Assembly: GCA_963796965.1 (NCBI GenBank)
Contig: CAWCNS010000004.1
Location: 832,001 to 896,000, forward strand
Reading direction: 5' to 3'
Source: Calditrichia bacterium
Lineage (GTDB): Bacteria > Calditrichota > Calditrichia > JAJRVZ01
DNA: 64,000 nt
A program made the translations under genes and the position numbers. Of this stretch, positions 1 to 11,428 are shown one piece after another. Within the stretch, counting starts at the first letter, position 1. The number at the start of each line of letters is the position of its first letter. A model generated the notes under the pieces. That model was not told the DNA's origin and did not search any database. It saw only the letters and a program-made list of their open reading frames with translations.

Positions 1-1545
1 AAAATCATCATTACCTGTATCAAAATCAGGTTCTTCTGCTGATTCATTAGACCAGGAAAGCTTAACGCTAGCACCTTCAGCAGCCACCCAGAAATTTGCT
101 GGTGGACGTGGTGCATCCGGAACATTAAATTTACCCTGGCCATGAACATTGTTAACATTATCGGCCGCATTCTGCAAGGTTACAAAAACAGAGTCACGAC
201 TATTCAGAAATGCCGTTTCAATTTCGTCCATAACCGAACCCGTATAGCCAGCATCCCAGGCTTTTCTACCCCAATCAACACATTCTTGATGACTCATACC
301 ACCGGCGGCGATGACATAGGTAATATTAACTGACTCATTAAAAGCCAGATTATAAGGACCGAAGGCGGTATAAGGACTGGGTATACTAATTTCCGGATTA
401 AGTTCAATATGAGGGGTATTAAGGGGATAATGTCTCCCTTCCTCAAATTGGGCATTATACTGGTCTTCCATCGTCTTGACAATCCTGCCCAGATCGTAGT
501 CACGTTCCTGGCGGTAGATGGTGCTTCTTGGTTGGGTAAGATCGTTGGTCCCTAAATTGTCAGGATCATCGGCATAAAGGGCTCCGACGCATAGGTAAGC
601 CGGTGAAAGGAGTTCAACCCATCGTTCATCCGTACTGGGATCTCCAAAATCCATTTCCGGGATATTCGGATTATCACCATCATAGAAAAGCGCAAAGTGG
701 CGACCATCGCCGAACGGTTCAACGAACTCTCCCCATTCATCGTTACCGGGCGAGATAGAACGATCGCGTCCGGCCTTTCCGTTCCAGGGATTCATCATCT
801 GTGCCCACCAGAAATTATTAATGGTCTGGCCTTCCATGATATACGGCCAATCCGGATTATCCGGATCCGGTTGTGATGGGGTGTCACCGGGCAGTCCAAA
901 GACTTTCCCATTATTTGTCAAGGTAATATCCCAGAGCGAATAGTCCCAATGTTTGGGTGAACTATACCCGTACATCATGCGTACATATTCTACACCCATG
1001 GTATAACGCCAGACCGATTTGATCGCCCGTTCGGCAACAAGGTTCTCATCAATTTCGGTATTTTCGTCATGGGTTCCCAAGAAATTATCTCCACCATCCG
1101 GTGTAATATTTACACCGTCTACAAAGATGTTCGGCTGCGGCCAGCGCTGGATCAGGATTTGTGTAACCGGCATAAGCGCAGTCTGATTTGTCTGATTCTT
1201 CCAAAATGGTAAATAATCATAATCATAGGTCCTGTACATTCCGGAAGTCCAGTACGGAAAAACCGTACCATCGGGGCCTGTCCAGTCAGTACATCCAGCC
1301 AGGGTTCCGCATTTGCGCACATTAGCGCCAAATATTTCCCGGATGCCATAACCTGCATCGGGATATTGTATGTAGCCCCCGGGCCAGGCGAATTGTCCGG
1401 ACCAGCCTTCAGCTCCATCGTATTCGGCATTGACAAATAAGCGGCCGATGCGCATAAAATGCATACCGGTATTTGTCGAGGCCATATCTACGAAAAGAGC
1501 GATCAACAGTATCGAAAAAATCATGATGATCAATATACGTTTCAT
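1..1545 (-). CDS. Secreted protein downstream of the TonB-dependent receptor, partial (runs off the window), with a possible Fn3-like region
   Basis: Not in the ORF track because it has no stop in the window. ATG at 1545 with RBS AGAGGA; starts MKRILIIMIFSILLIALFVDMAST (signal peptide-like); ends ...VPDAPRPPANFWVAAEGASVKLSWSNESAEEPDFDTGNDDF at the window edge. Confidence 0.75.
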   Translation of the reverse strand, partial: MKRILIIMIFSILLIALFVDMASTNTGMHFMRIGRLFVNAEYDGAEGWSGQFAWPGGYIQYPDAGYGIREIFGANVRKCGTLAGCTDWTGPDGTVFPYWTSGMYRTYDYDYLPFWKNQTNQTALMPVTQILIQRWPQPNIFVDGVNITPDGGDNFLGTHDENTEIDENLVAERAIKSVWRYTMGVEYVRMMYGYSSPKHWDYSLWDITLTNNGKVFGLPGDTPSQPDPDNPDWPYIMEGQTINNFWWAQMMNPWNGKAGRDRSISPGNDEWGEFVEPFGDGRHFALFYDGDNPNIPEMDFGDPSTDERWVELLSPAYLCVGALYADDPDNLGTNDLTQPRSTIYRQERDYDLGRIVKTMEDQYNAQFEEGRHYPLNTPHIELNPEISIPSPYTAFGPYNLAFNESVNITYVIAAGGMSHQECVDWGRKAWDAGYTGSVMDEIETAFLNSRDSVFVTLQNAADNVNNVHGQGKFNVPDAPRPPANFWVAAEGASVKLSWSNESAEEPDFDTGNDDF

Positions 1546-1605
1546 AATTTAATCCTCTTTTTAATTTGTACCAGTTAACACTCGTTTCTCGGTAGTTAAC
1601 TGAGA

Positions 1606-4600
1606 TTAAAATTCGATCTTTAGACCAAACAGAAAAGACCGGGGATAATACCACAAAGCGAAATCTCTGTCTGGCGCAATCGGTGCCCGGGTTGTGCCGT
1701 TGACATCCACCCAGTTCTCAGTGAAGACATTATTGCCATTATTGTCTTCATATTCACCAATATAACGACCCAGACCGGTTTCTCCATCGACGACCTCCAA
1801 CAAATATTTTTGCTGTTGATCTGTGGCAAGATTGCCCAGGTTTAATGTTTCGTATTCGAACAGATTATTAACATCCATATAAACCAATACTCTTAAACCA
1901 TCCATCACCTGGATCGCTTTGCTTAAACGTAAATTGGTTTGATAATTATTCTGCCAGTAATAGACTGTCCTGACTTCACGGGTTGGTAAACCGGTGGGGT
2001 TGTAAATCAACTTTTTACCACTGGCCCAACTCTGCAGGATACTGAGACGCCAGTCTCCCCACAGGGTTCCGAAATCGCTGGGGGTATGAAAATTGAAATT
2101 GGCCAGGAAGGCGGGTTGGGTCTGCGGTTGTTCTTTGACCGCGGCATAGGCTAACTCAGTAGCCAGCGGATCCTGTTGGTATCTTGACAGACCATAATTA
2201 CCGGAAACATTGACCAGGTAATTCATGTTCAACCAGCCGGTAAAATACCGCCCGCGCATTTTGGTAATTTTAAATTCTATACCACGAAGATCCTGCCAGT
2301 TATTATTCCACTGCGTCGTATATGAGGAAGAACCTGCACCAACACCTTCATAATTGGTAAATTCACCGATTGAATAACTACCCGCGAGACCTATTACTTG
2401 TACGTTACCAAGTTGTTCTGAATTATCTTTGGAATAGAAATAGGCACGAACCAGGTAGTCTTCGGCAAAACTCTGCTCAAAACCGACTTCATAGGCAGCC
2501 GTACGGGGTGCTTCCAGATTGGCATTACCAATGCGGCGGATATCACCCTGCGGGTTACCAAATGCCCAGCTCTCGGAATAGATACCATAACGGGAAGAGC
2601 TGCCAGGTTCATTATAATATACCCCGTAATTAAAAAAGAATTTAGTCATTTCGCCGACGGGATGAGAGAAAGATAACCTTGGCGCCCAATAGGTATAGGA
2701 CTTGCTGTCTTCCTGTGGCAGATCAGCCGGACTGTCATATCCTGCGGTACCACCCCGTGCCCACAATAAGGTATATAAATTGCCAGGATCATAGATGACA
2801 CCATTGGCAGCATAATGTTCAACGCGTAAACCGACATTAGCAACTAATCCGCCATATTCGATCTTATCCTGAAAATATCCGGCAATATGGAATGGGTTCT
2901 CATCATAATTGACAAAATCCCCGGCATCGGGATCCAGAATGATAGCACCCTGTTCAAAATAATTCCGGACAACATGATCTGTTCCGTATTCGATCCCGCC
3001 TTTCAATAAATGATTATTATTGAGCTGACTGGTAAAATCGACATTGAACAGATGAGTCTTTACATAAGAATTATCATATACCGCGCCCTGACCGAAGAAC
3101 CAAAAATTTCCGGTCACATCATATTCGGAATTGCCAAAGTTTGTCCAACCGACCGGTGATTCATTAAAATCAACACCGGCGATAGTTTTAACCGTTGCCA
3201 AATTTCTATCAGCCGAGCGATCAGACACTGTCTCCGTACTATAGTAATTGTATCGCAATTCATAGAAAGTGGATTGATTCAAGGAATGCGTCATTTTGAG
3301 GCCATATTGGTTTGTCGTTGCCTCCAGAAGATTATTGGCAGCAAGATAATATTTATATTCACCCAGGGCAGACCCGACCGTATTATAGCCATAATTCATG
3401 ATCGCCTGGTTGCCCCAGCTAATACCGTTGGTACTACCATCGGTCTTTCCCCACATTCCACTTAACTGAAATTTAATATTATCACCGACCTTGAAATTAA
3501 TTTTGGCTTCAGTGGTCATGATGTCAGTGAATTCCCTGACTGCCGGCACAATTGGTGATGTACGGTTATATTTGAAACCAACAAAAAAACCGCGCTTGAT
3601 TAAGGCCGGGAATCGGGCCGCCAATACCGGCATCGAGAAAATGCTCCGGTGTATCGGCATAATCGTAGCCACGGGTTTGATATTTCCAGACATCTAACAA
3701 CTGCTGGGCTGTCCAGTCATCTTTACCCAGATAGCCTGCGGCATTCTTTGATTCGGCAAGTGCATCCCAGCCAATGAATAACTGGTTACCTTCCACATCA
3801 AGTACCGGATCAAACGAATTCGGGCCAGCAAAGGTTTTATAAGTATACTGATCAGTACCATAGGCACTTGGACCAAAATGCTTATATTGTCCCGGTGCAA
3901 TACGATAATCGACTGATCCGTTTAACTGGCTGCCACCCTCTTTGGAAATAATATTGAACATACCGGAACGCAGGTTACCATATTCAGCATTGAAACCACC
4001 ACTAAGCACCTGGATCTCGGAGACTGTTGCAGAATTGGTCTGGGTGTAGACCTTGTCATTAAGCTTGTCTTTTCGTTCCATACCATCAACCTGAAACCGA
4101 ACCTGGTCACTGCCACCGCCTCTTATCTGAACTTCAAATTCACTTTCAGCAACAGAAATACCTGGTTCAAGGCTGACTGCCTGCAGGATATCAGACACAG
4201 GAATTGTGGAAGCTTCCGTGGCTGTGGTAATGGTCTGACTGGAACCCACATCTTTCTGAACCAGGGGTCTTTCAGCGATGACTACGACTGTCTCTCCCTC
4301 CAGGACGGCCGAAGAGAGTTCAAAATCAGTACCGGTCGTTCTATCGACAATGACACGTACTTGCTCCTGAAGTACAGAGGTGTATCCTATCATAGTCGCC
4401 ATAACCGAATATTCACCGGGCGGGATATTAATGATATAAAATAAACCATCCACATCAGTAGCACCACCCATACTTGTTCCTTCAATTAAGATGTTGACAC
4501 CTGCCAGGGGTTCGCCGGTCGATGCATCTGTGACCAGGCCAGCGATTTTACCGGTTGTTCCTGCAAAGATACCTGAATCAGGAACAAACAATACCAGTGA

Positions 4601-4651
4601 GACCATAGCAAATAGGCAAACAACTTTTAGGAACCTATTCGAACTTATCAT
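1606..4651 (-). CDS. TonB-dependent receptor with N-terminal carboxypeptidase-regulatory-like domain (one frameshift near 3585)
   Basis: Signal peptide, GTTGKIAGLVTDASTGEPLAGVNI domain, plug motifs IRGG and GGFNAEYGN, beta-barrel ending in C-terminal Phe (PRSFLFGLKIEF). ORFs 3566-4651 and 1606-3693 join at a T7 run. Confidence 0.9.
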
Positions 4652-4947
4652 TTGTTTCCTCCATATTTTTAAATCATAGAGATAAATAACATTGAAACAG
4701 AAATGATCAAGGAAAGAAATTCTTTTGATGAAATAAGATCTTACTTTAAATATATTTCATACAGTGAGAATTTTAATTTTCCTATAATCAACAATAAATA
4801 TTTGAAAAAATTATGTGGACAAATTTGACTTGATTACATCACCTCCTTTCTAAATTAATCTATTCTATCTTTTCCGATAAATGCTTTTGATTCCTCCCTT
4901 TCTCTTTATATTACCAGTTGAGTTAATTATAGTTACATTTGGATTTA

Positions 4948-6333
4948 TTATAATTCCCGTTCTCTCCAGAGGACATTTTGGACTTCATTTTGAAAACTGG
5001 AGTGGACAAGGAAGTACCGATCATTTACACTTCTATCGACGAAAACGAAATGGTGTTTGCCACTGCTTGCGGTATAATAGTGCCAAATAATATATGGCTT
5101 TCCATCCATATTCATGGAGAAGTCCTCCACTTCATCAGGTTGGCCATAAACGACAAATATCCTGCCCATATCGCTGTTTAGTCCACTCCCGTTGCCTTTG
5201 AAATGCTCGTTAGCATAGGCAATCCTGGCAAAGGCGTTTTGCATAAACTCATTTTCGGGCGTTTCCGGGGAAGTATCTCTGGAATGCCAGAAATTTACCA
5301 GGAATGGTTCTAATCCTTTTCCATCCAGCATTTCAAACACTTCCAATTCTGTTGGCGTGGCAAAATACTTGATTTGATCACGATATCTTTTAACATCATC
5401 TTCGGTCATGGATAAGGTACCCTGAGACTCGTATACCCAAAATTTTGCCCTGGTTGAAACGGATCTGCCAGGGGTGCCATCTGCGACCATGACAGTCAGG
5501 TCATATTCCCCAGGTTTGAAACCAAAGATATTTAAAGATTGCGTTTTTATGCAGGATGTTCCAGGTTTAGCAATCGTTTGCCCGGGTGCAGACAAAAGGG
5601 TATCACCATTTGTATCTTCTATTGTATATGAAATTCTAAAATGCTTATTAATCTCATCTGTAGGAGCGACCAGGTTGTATATTTCAAAATATAGATTGAG
5701 ATAAGATTTATTATACTGATATTTCCGGGATGTATTTGGAATAACAGTCTTGTTGCCCTTTACGAATAATGGCTGGTTTTGTTGCTTTGAAATTAACGAT
5801 GCAAATTGGGGGGTGCTTAACTGAAGGGCGTCACCAAATTGTGGGACTTTCAATATTCGTGAGATGTTACTTGTTGATTGATTATTCTCATCTAAAAATT
5901 TAAGTGATAGATTATATTCGCCCGGCTTTAAATCAAATTTAAGCTGGTCAATGCTCCCCTTGCTTTTGTCATATGTCTCTTCAGTCGAATTGACCTGAAC
6001 TTGTCGTCTTTTATTCTTGTTTATAATCACCTTATCGTCAGGGGTCGTAACTACCAGGGAATAGGCGTAAGTGGCAATGAATTTATCATCAATCTCTTCA
6101 AATTTAAGTTCTTTTGATGCAAGAGAATAGTACAATTCAATCTGCGTATAACCCTCAGAACCACGATAAAAGCATAGATCCGTCCAGAATTGAGGAGATG
6201 TTGTACTTTTTGCAGGAAAGGTTAAATCAGTATCATAACTATTAGCCCCAAATACACTAAGCACCAAATTAATGTATACCAAAGGTATGATAGGATACCG
6301 CCGTTTGACATGCTTCAAACTTAGATTCCTCAT
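4948..6333 (-). CDS. GWxTD domain-containing protein
   Basis: C-terminal FWHSRDTSPETPENE...RIAYANEHF...GLNSDMGRIFVVYGQPD matches the GWxTD family pattern; N-terminal beta-rich domains and a hydrophobic N-terminus. Confidence 0.8.
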   Translation of the reverse strand: MRNLSLKHVKRRYPIIPLVYINLVLSVFGANSYDTDLTFPAKSTTSPQFWTDLCFYRGSEGYTQIELYYSLASKELKFEEIDDKFIATYAYSLVVTTPDDKVIINKNKRRQVQVNSTEETYDKSKGSIDQLKFDLKPGEYNLSLKFLDENNQSTSNISRILKVPQFGDALQLSTPQFASLISKQQNQPLFVKGNKTVIPNTSRKYQYNKSYLNLYFEIYNLVAPTDEINKHFRISYTIEDTNGDTLLSAPGQTIAKPGTSCIKTQSLNIFGFKPGEYDLTVMVADGTPGRSVSTRAKFWVYESQGTLSMTEDDVKRYRDQIKYFATPTELEVFEMLDGKGLEPFLVNFWHSRDTSPETPENEFMQNAFARIAYANEHFKGNGSGLNSDMGRIFVVYGQPDEVEDFSMNMDGKPYIIWHYYTASSGKHHFVFVDRSVNDRYFLVHSSFQNEVQNVLWREREL

Positions 6334-6431
6334 TGAAAAAAAGGAGATATGTAAAAACCACTTATTTTATAAAGTCAATCCACCTTGACTAGGGGAGGCC
6401 CGTCTATATCGTTTTCAAATTCAGACACTTA

Positions 6432-6460
6432 ATTATAATTATCAATAGCCACATAGTCAA
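6432..6460 (-). promoter_or_regulatory. Sigma70-type promoter for the GWxTD gene
   Basis: TTGACT-N17-TATAAT on the - strand, about 100 nt upstream of the start. Confidence 0.65.
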
Positions 6461-6570
6461 GATTTTTTTAAATGAATATAAATTAAAAATAGTGAATCAA
6501 TATTAGCTTAGTCTATTCATACAGCAGCCTTTAAATGCAATCAAAAACATTATTTAACCAAAGATGACTG

Positions 6571-6676
6571 AACCGCAAGGACGCAAAGGAGGCGCAAAGC
6601 ACGCAAGGTATTTTTTATTTTTGAAAAAATATATTTAATCTTTGCGAACCTTGCGCCTTCTTAGCGTCTTAGCGGT
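6571..6676. repeat. Imperfect inverted repeat built from CGCAA(A/G)G units
   Basis: aaccgcaaggacgcaaaggaggcgcaaagcacgcaagg, an AT-rich spacer, then ctttgcgaaccttgcgccttcttagcgtcttagcggt. Confidence 0.7.
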
Positions 6677-6770
6677 AAAAAACCTGACATAGAATTAATT
6701 GGCTGTCAATTTATCCCCAATCCCATATCCGGAATACTTTTCGTGTTTAAATTGTTATGTTGGATTCAAC

Positions 6771-6799
6771 TTGATTTTAGGTGAAGGGAACGGTAAATT
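6771..6799 (+). promoter_or_regulatory. Putative sigma70 promoter of tig-clpP-clpX
   Basis: TTGATT-N17-TAAATT upstream of the AGGAGG RBS. Confidence 0.5.
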
Positions 6800-6838
6800 T
6801 TTCATCTTAATTATATTGAAATAATGATTTAGGAGGTT

Positions 6839-8128
6839 TTGCATAGTATGGTCTCAACGGCAATGGAAAGAGTATCTTCCTGTAAAGTAAAAATCAATAT
6901 TATGATGCCTGTAGATAGGGTCGATGGTATTCGAAAAGAGCAGGAAAAGCTGGCTCAGAAAGAAGCACAAATTCAGGGTTTCAGGAAAGGTAATGCCCCT
7001 CTTCATATGGTTAAAAGTATGTATGCCGGTATGATAGAGAAAAACACCCTGGATGAGGCTATGCAACAGGCCTTTGAGCAAGGTTTGAAAGAAAGCGATA
7101 TCCAGCCTGTTGGTTATCCGACTGTTAAAAGTTTTGATTTTGATGATGAAAAAAATTTGAATATGGAATTTGAAATTGAGACATATCCGGAAATCGAATT
7201 GAAAAAGTATAAAGATTTCAAATTTGAAAAGACATTATACAAAATTGAAGATTCAGATATAGAAGAAAATATAGATTATATCCGCAAGCAAAAGGCTATT
7301 ATATCAGAAGAAGATGGTCCGGCAGAATTGGGACAATTCATTACTCTTTCGCTTCAGGAATTAGACGAAACAGGCATGCCCCTTATCGGGAAGAAATATG
7401 ATGACCTGCGTGTGCAATTAGGTGAGGGACAATTTGATCCCGATCTTGAAACACAAATTGTGGGAATGAAATCCGGTGAAGATAGAATTATTGAAAAAAG
7501 GTATCCCGAAAGTGCTGGAAAGGAATTTGCCGGGAAGCTGGAACGGTTTAAGGTTACTGTCGTAAAAATTGAAAATGAGGAGCTACCCGATCTTGATGAT
7601 CAATTTGCACAAGATATGAATCTGGAATTAAAAACAGTAGATGATTTGAGGACAAAAGTTCGTGATGAGTTAGAGCATCGATGGGGTCAGGAATCAGAAC
7701 AAAAATTTTATCATCAGATGGCGCAGGAAATATTGCATGAAAATCCATTCGATGTACCGGATACAATGGTTGATAATTATTTGGATAAAATAGTAGAGGA
7801 TATACGTCAAAGAGAGCAAAACTTTGATGAAGAAGAAGTACGAAAACATTATCGTGCCGATGCGGTCTTCAATATTAAATGGTATCATCTAAAAGATAAA
7901 ATCGCCAACACTGAGAATCTGGAAGCAACAGACGATGATTACCAGACCTTTTTAAAGAATCTAGAAGATGACAAGATGCGTGAATTTTACGAATCCAACA
8001 AAGAAATTAAGCAACGTGTATTGAGTGATATTTTTGAGAAAAAAGTATTTGATTTTTTGGTAAACAGTTCGAAAATAAAAGAAAAGAAAGAATCGATAAA
8101 AAAACGAAAGGAATTTGCCAACGCATGA
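6839..8128 (+). CDS. tig: Trigger factor
   Basis: GFRKG ribosome-binding motif, FKBP-like middle domain, synteny with clpP-clpX. Confidence 0.93.
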   Translation: MHSMVSTAMERVSSCKVKINIMMPVDRVDGIRKEQEKLAQKEAQIQGFRKGNAPLHMVKSMYAGMIEKNTLDEAMQQAFEQGLKESDIQPVGYPTVKSFDFDDEKNLNMEFEIETYPEIELKKYKDFKFEKTLYKIEDSDIEENIDYIRKQKAIISEEDGPAELGQFITLSLQELDETGMPLIGKKYDDLRVQLGEGQFDPDLETQIVGMKSGEDRIIEKRYPESAGKEFAGKLERFKVTVVKIENEELPDLDDQFAQDMNLELKTVDDLRTKVRDELEHRWGQESEQKFYHQMAQEILHENPFDVPDTMVDNYLDKIVEDIRQREQNFDEEEVRKHYRADAVFNIKWYHLKDKIANTENLEATDDDYQTFLKNLEDDKMREFYESNKEIKQRVLSDIFEKKVFDFLVNSSKIKEKKESIKKRKEFANA

Positions 8129-8730
8129 CATTAATTCCAATGGTTGTAGAACAGACGGGACGAGGCGAACGCGCTTATGATATTTACTCCCGCTTATTAA
8201 AAGAACGCATTATCTTTCTCGGTACTCCAATCGATGACAATGTTGCAAATCTGATCATCGCCCAGTTATTATTTCTGGCAGCTGAGGATCCCGATAAGGA
8301 TATCTATCTATATATAAATAGCCCCGGTGGCATTATTTCCAGCGGCCTTGCTATTCTGGACACAATGAATTTTATAAAACCAGATGTGGTTACAAATTGT
8401 GTTGGACAGGCGGCCAGTATGGGTGCCATCCTATTAACCGCTGGTGCCAAAGGCAAACGGTTTGCTCTTCCGCATGCGCGTGTGATGATCCATCAGCCTC
8501 TAGGCGGTATAGAAGGGCAGGCAACAGATATTGAGATCCATACCAAAGAAATATTGCGAATTCGTGAGACTGTCAATAAAATAATGGCTGATGCGACAGG
8601 GCAACCGCTTGAAAAGATTGCTAAAGATACAGATCGGAATTACTTTATGTCTGCTGAACAAGCTAAGACCTATGGGATTATTGATGATGTCATCTCAAAA
8701 AGCCCAGTTGCAAAGAGGGGTAGTAAGTAA
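8125..8730 (+). CDS. clpP: ATP-dependent Clp protease proteolytic subunit
   Basis: [33 protein letters not shown] motifs. Confidence 0.98.
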   Translation: MTLIPMVVEQTGRGERAYDIYSRLLKERIIFLGTPIDDNVANLIIAQLLFLAAEDPDKDIYLYINSPGGIISSGLAILDTMNFIKPDVVTNCVGQAASMGAILLTAGAKGKRFALPHARVMIHQPLGGIEGQATDIEIHTKEILRIRETVNKIMADATGQPLEKIAKDTDRNYFMSAEQAKTYGIIDDVISKSPVAKRGSK

Positions 8731-9977
8731 TGGCTAAAGATGATTATAATGCTTCATCGGTTTATTGTACTTTTTGCGGAAAATCTGCTTCGGATGTAGA
8801 AAGCTTGATCTCCGGTCCCGGGGTTCACATTTGTAATGAATGTGTGATGACGGCCTCTGAAATAATCGAGAACCATCAACGTCGCTCCCGCCTCCCGAAA
8901 TCAAAACGTCTGCCAATCCCTGCAGAGATTAAGGATGAGTTAGATAAATATGTGATTAGCCAGGATGGGGCAAAAAAAACATTATCTGTCGCCGTTTACA
9001 ATCATTATAAACGCATAAATTATCAACGACAAATTGATGATATTGATATTGAAAAAAGTAATATCATGCTCATTGGACCTACCGGTACAGGTAAAACACT
9101 CCTGGCGCAAACGCTTGCCAAATTTCTAAAGGTTCCTTTTGCCATTGCCGATGCAACCGTTTTGACGGAAGCCGGGTATGTGGGCGAAGATGTGGAAAAT
9201 ATTCTGGTGCGACTATATCAAGCAGCGGATTATCAGGTTGATGAGACTGAACGGGGAATTATATATATCGATGAAATTGATAAAATTGCCCGAAAAGATG
9301 GCAATCCCTCCATTACGCGTGATGTTTCAGGGGAGGGCGTCCAGCAAGCCATTTTAAAAATGCTGGAAGGGACAATTTCAAGTATTCCTCCAAAAGGAGG
9401 ACGCAAGCATCCGGAACAAAAACTGGTCAATATAAATACAAAAAACATACTCTTTATTTGTGGTGGAGCATTTGAAGGCTTGGATAATATCATCGCCCGT
9501 CGTGTTGGCAAAAAGGCGATTGGATTCAATACACAAAATCATTTCACCAATAAATTTTCAAGGGGTGATCTCTACGCTATGGCTGAACCGGAAGATCTTC
9601 TGGAATATGGCTTGATCCCTGAATTAATTGGACGATTACCCGTGGTCAGTTCATTGAAAGATCTGGATGAAGCAGCCCTCAAGTCTATTTTGACCGAACC
9701 TAAAAATGCTTTAGTTAAACAATATAAAAAACTTTTAGAGATTGATAATATTAATCTGGTATTTAAAAATCCTGCTCTCACGGCAATCGTGGATATGGCA
9801 AAGAAAAGAAATACCGGAGCGCGGGCATTGCGGGCTATCATGGAAGAAGTTATGCTGGAAATTATGTATAAATTGCCTTCCTTGCCCGGTGTTGAAAGTT
9901 GTACCATTTCCAAAGAGACGGTTGAAAATAAAAAAGATCCGTTACTCACCTTTAAAAAATCCAAAAAAAGTGCCTAG
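8730..9977 (+). CDS. clpX: ATP-dependent Clp protease ATP-binding subunit
   Basis: C4 zinc finger, Walker [20 protein letters not shown] and IGF loops. Confidence 0.98.
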   Translation: MAKDDYNASSVYCTFCGKSASDVESLISGPGVHICNECVMTASEIIENHQRRSRLPKSKRLPIPAEIKDELDKYVISQDGAKKTLSVAVYNHYKRINYQRQIDDIDIEKSNIMLIGPTGTGKTLLAQTLAKFLKVPFAIADATVLTEAGYVGEDVENILVRLYQAADYQVDETERGIIYIDEIDKIARKDGNPSITRDVSGEGVQQAILKMLEGTISSIPPKGGRKHPEQKLVNINTKNILFICGGAFEGLDNIIARRVGKKAIGFNTQNHFTNKFSRGDLYAMAEPEDLLEYGLIPELIGRLPVVSSLKDLDEAALKSILTEPKNALVKQYKKLLEIDNINLVFKNPALTAIVDMAKKRNTGARALRAIMEEVMLEIMYKLPSLPGVESCTISKETVENKKDPLLTFKKSKKSA

Positions 9978-10009
9978 GCCGTAAGCAATAATTAATACAG
10001 AATATTCAA

Positions 10010-10058
10010 GTGAGATGTCAAACGTCAAACGTCAAACGTCAAATGTGAGACGTGAAAA
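10010..10058. repeat. Heptamer tandem repeat
   Basis: gtgagat gtcaaac gtcaaac gtcaaac gtcaaat gtgagac gtgaaaa. Confidence 0.8.
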
Positions 10059-10070
10059 GCAAGCCGTAAA

Positions 10071-10101
10071 GTAGGGGCAGACCTGTGTGTCTGCCCTTTT
10101 T
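10071..10101 (+). repeat. GTAG-type REP-like palindrome, possibly also the clpX terminator
   Basis: GTAG-GGGCAGAC-ctgtgt-GTCTGCCC followed by T5. Confidence 0.65.
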
Positions 10102-11280
10102 GACATTTGGAATTCGTAGATCTGGATAATTCTCAGTTGATAGCCTACCTTAAGTGTTGATCTTAGGAGTTGGATATTTTTCAAAATGTCCAATGTCCAA
10201 GCACAAATGCCAAATCAATTCCCAATGCCCAATATTTAAATAGCGAGACTATCTTTGGACATTTAGGCTTGGGCATTCAATTGACATTGGGATTTTGACA
10301 TTTGGAATTCGTAGATCTGGATAATTCTCAGTTGATAGCCTACCTTAAGTGTTGATCTTAGGAGTTGGATATTTTTCAAAATGTCCAATGTCCAAGCACA
10401 AATGCCAAATAAATTCCCAATGCCCAATATTTAAATAGCGAGACTATCTTTGGACATTTAGGCTTGGGCATTCAATTGACATTGGGATTTTGACATTTGG
10501 AATTCGTAGATCTGGATAATTCTCAGTTGATAGCCTACCTTAAGTGTTGATCTTAGGAGTTGGATATTTTTCAAAATGTCCAATGTCCAAGCACAAATGC
10601 CAAATCAATTCCCAATGCCCAATATTTAAATAGCGAGACTATCTTTGGACATTTAGGCTTGGGCATTCAATTGACATTGGGATTTTGACATTTGGAATTC
10701 GTAGATCTGGATAATTCTCAGTTGATAGCCTACCTTAAGTGTTGATCTTAGGAGTTGGATATTTTTCAAAATGTCCAATGTCCAAGCACAAATGCCAAAT
10801 CAATTCCCAATGCCCAATATTTAAATAGCGAGACTATCTTTGGACATTTAGGCTTGGGCATTCAATTGACATTGGGATTTTGACATTTGGAATTCGTAGA
10901 TCTGGATAATTCTCAGTTGATAGCCTACCTTAAGTTTTGATCTTGGAAGTTGGATATTTTTCAAAATGTCCAATGTCCAAGCACAAATGCCAAATCAATT
11001 CCCAATGCCCAATATTTAAATAGCGAGACTATCTTTGGACATTTAGGCTTGGGCATTCAATTGACATTGGGATTTTGACATTTGGAATTCGTAGATCTGG
11101 ATAATTCTCAGTTGATAACCTACCTTAAGTTTTGATCTTGGAAGTTGGATATTTTTCAAAATGTCCAAATGTCCAAGCACAAATGCCAAATAAATTCCCA
11201 ATGCCCAATATTTAAATAGCGAGACTATCTTTGGACATTTAGGCTTGGGCATTCAATTGACATTGGGATTTTGCCATTTG
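10098..11280. repeat. Tandem array of six ~195-bp near-identical non-coding units, each containing a long imperfect inverted repeat
   Basis: GAATTC marker recurs at 10110, 10305, 10500, 10695, 10890 and 11085 (period 195); there are no unique spacers. Confidence 0.97.
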
Positions 11281-11428
11281 TCATTATGGATTATTTGGGT
11301 ACATATAGAGGAGCGGTATAGCAGTAAACTACTTGGAACTTATTCATCCGTGGATAATTTTGTCTCCCGTAGGTTTTAAATATCCAATATCCACCAGCGA
11401 ATGTCCAACTGAAGAAGTGCCTGCAAAC

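Noticed and set aside
3575..3595. Phase variation of the TonB receptor at a T7 tract
   Set aside because: The tract is short and cannot be distinguished from the window-wide homopolymer errors
4835..4905. Two strong SD-like motifs (AAAGGAGGTGA, AAAGGGAGGA) on the - strand upstream of the TonB receptor
   Set aside because: No suitably spaced start codon or ORF follows them and there is no supportable RNA structure
10098..11280. CRISPR array
   Set aside because: The entire 195-bp unit repeats, there are no unique spacers, and no cas genes are present
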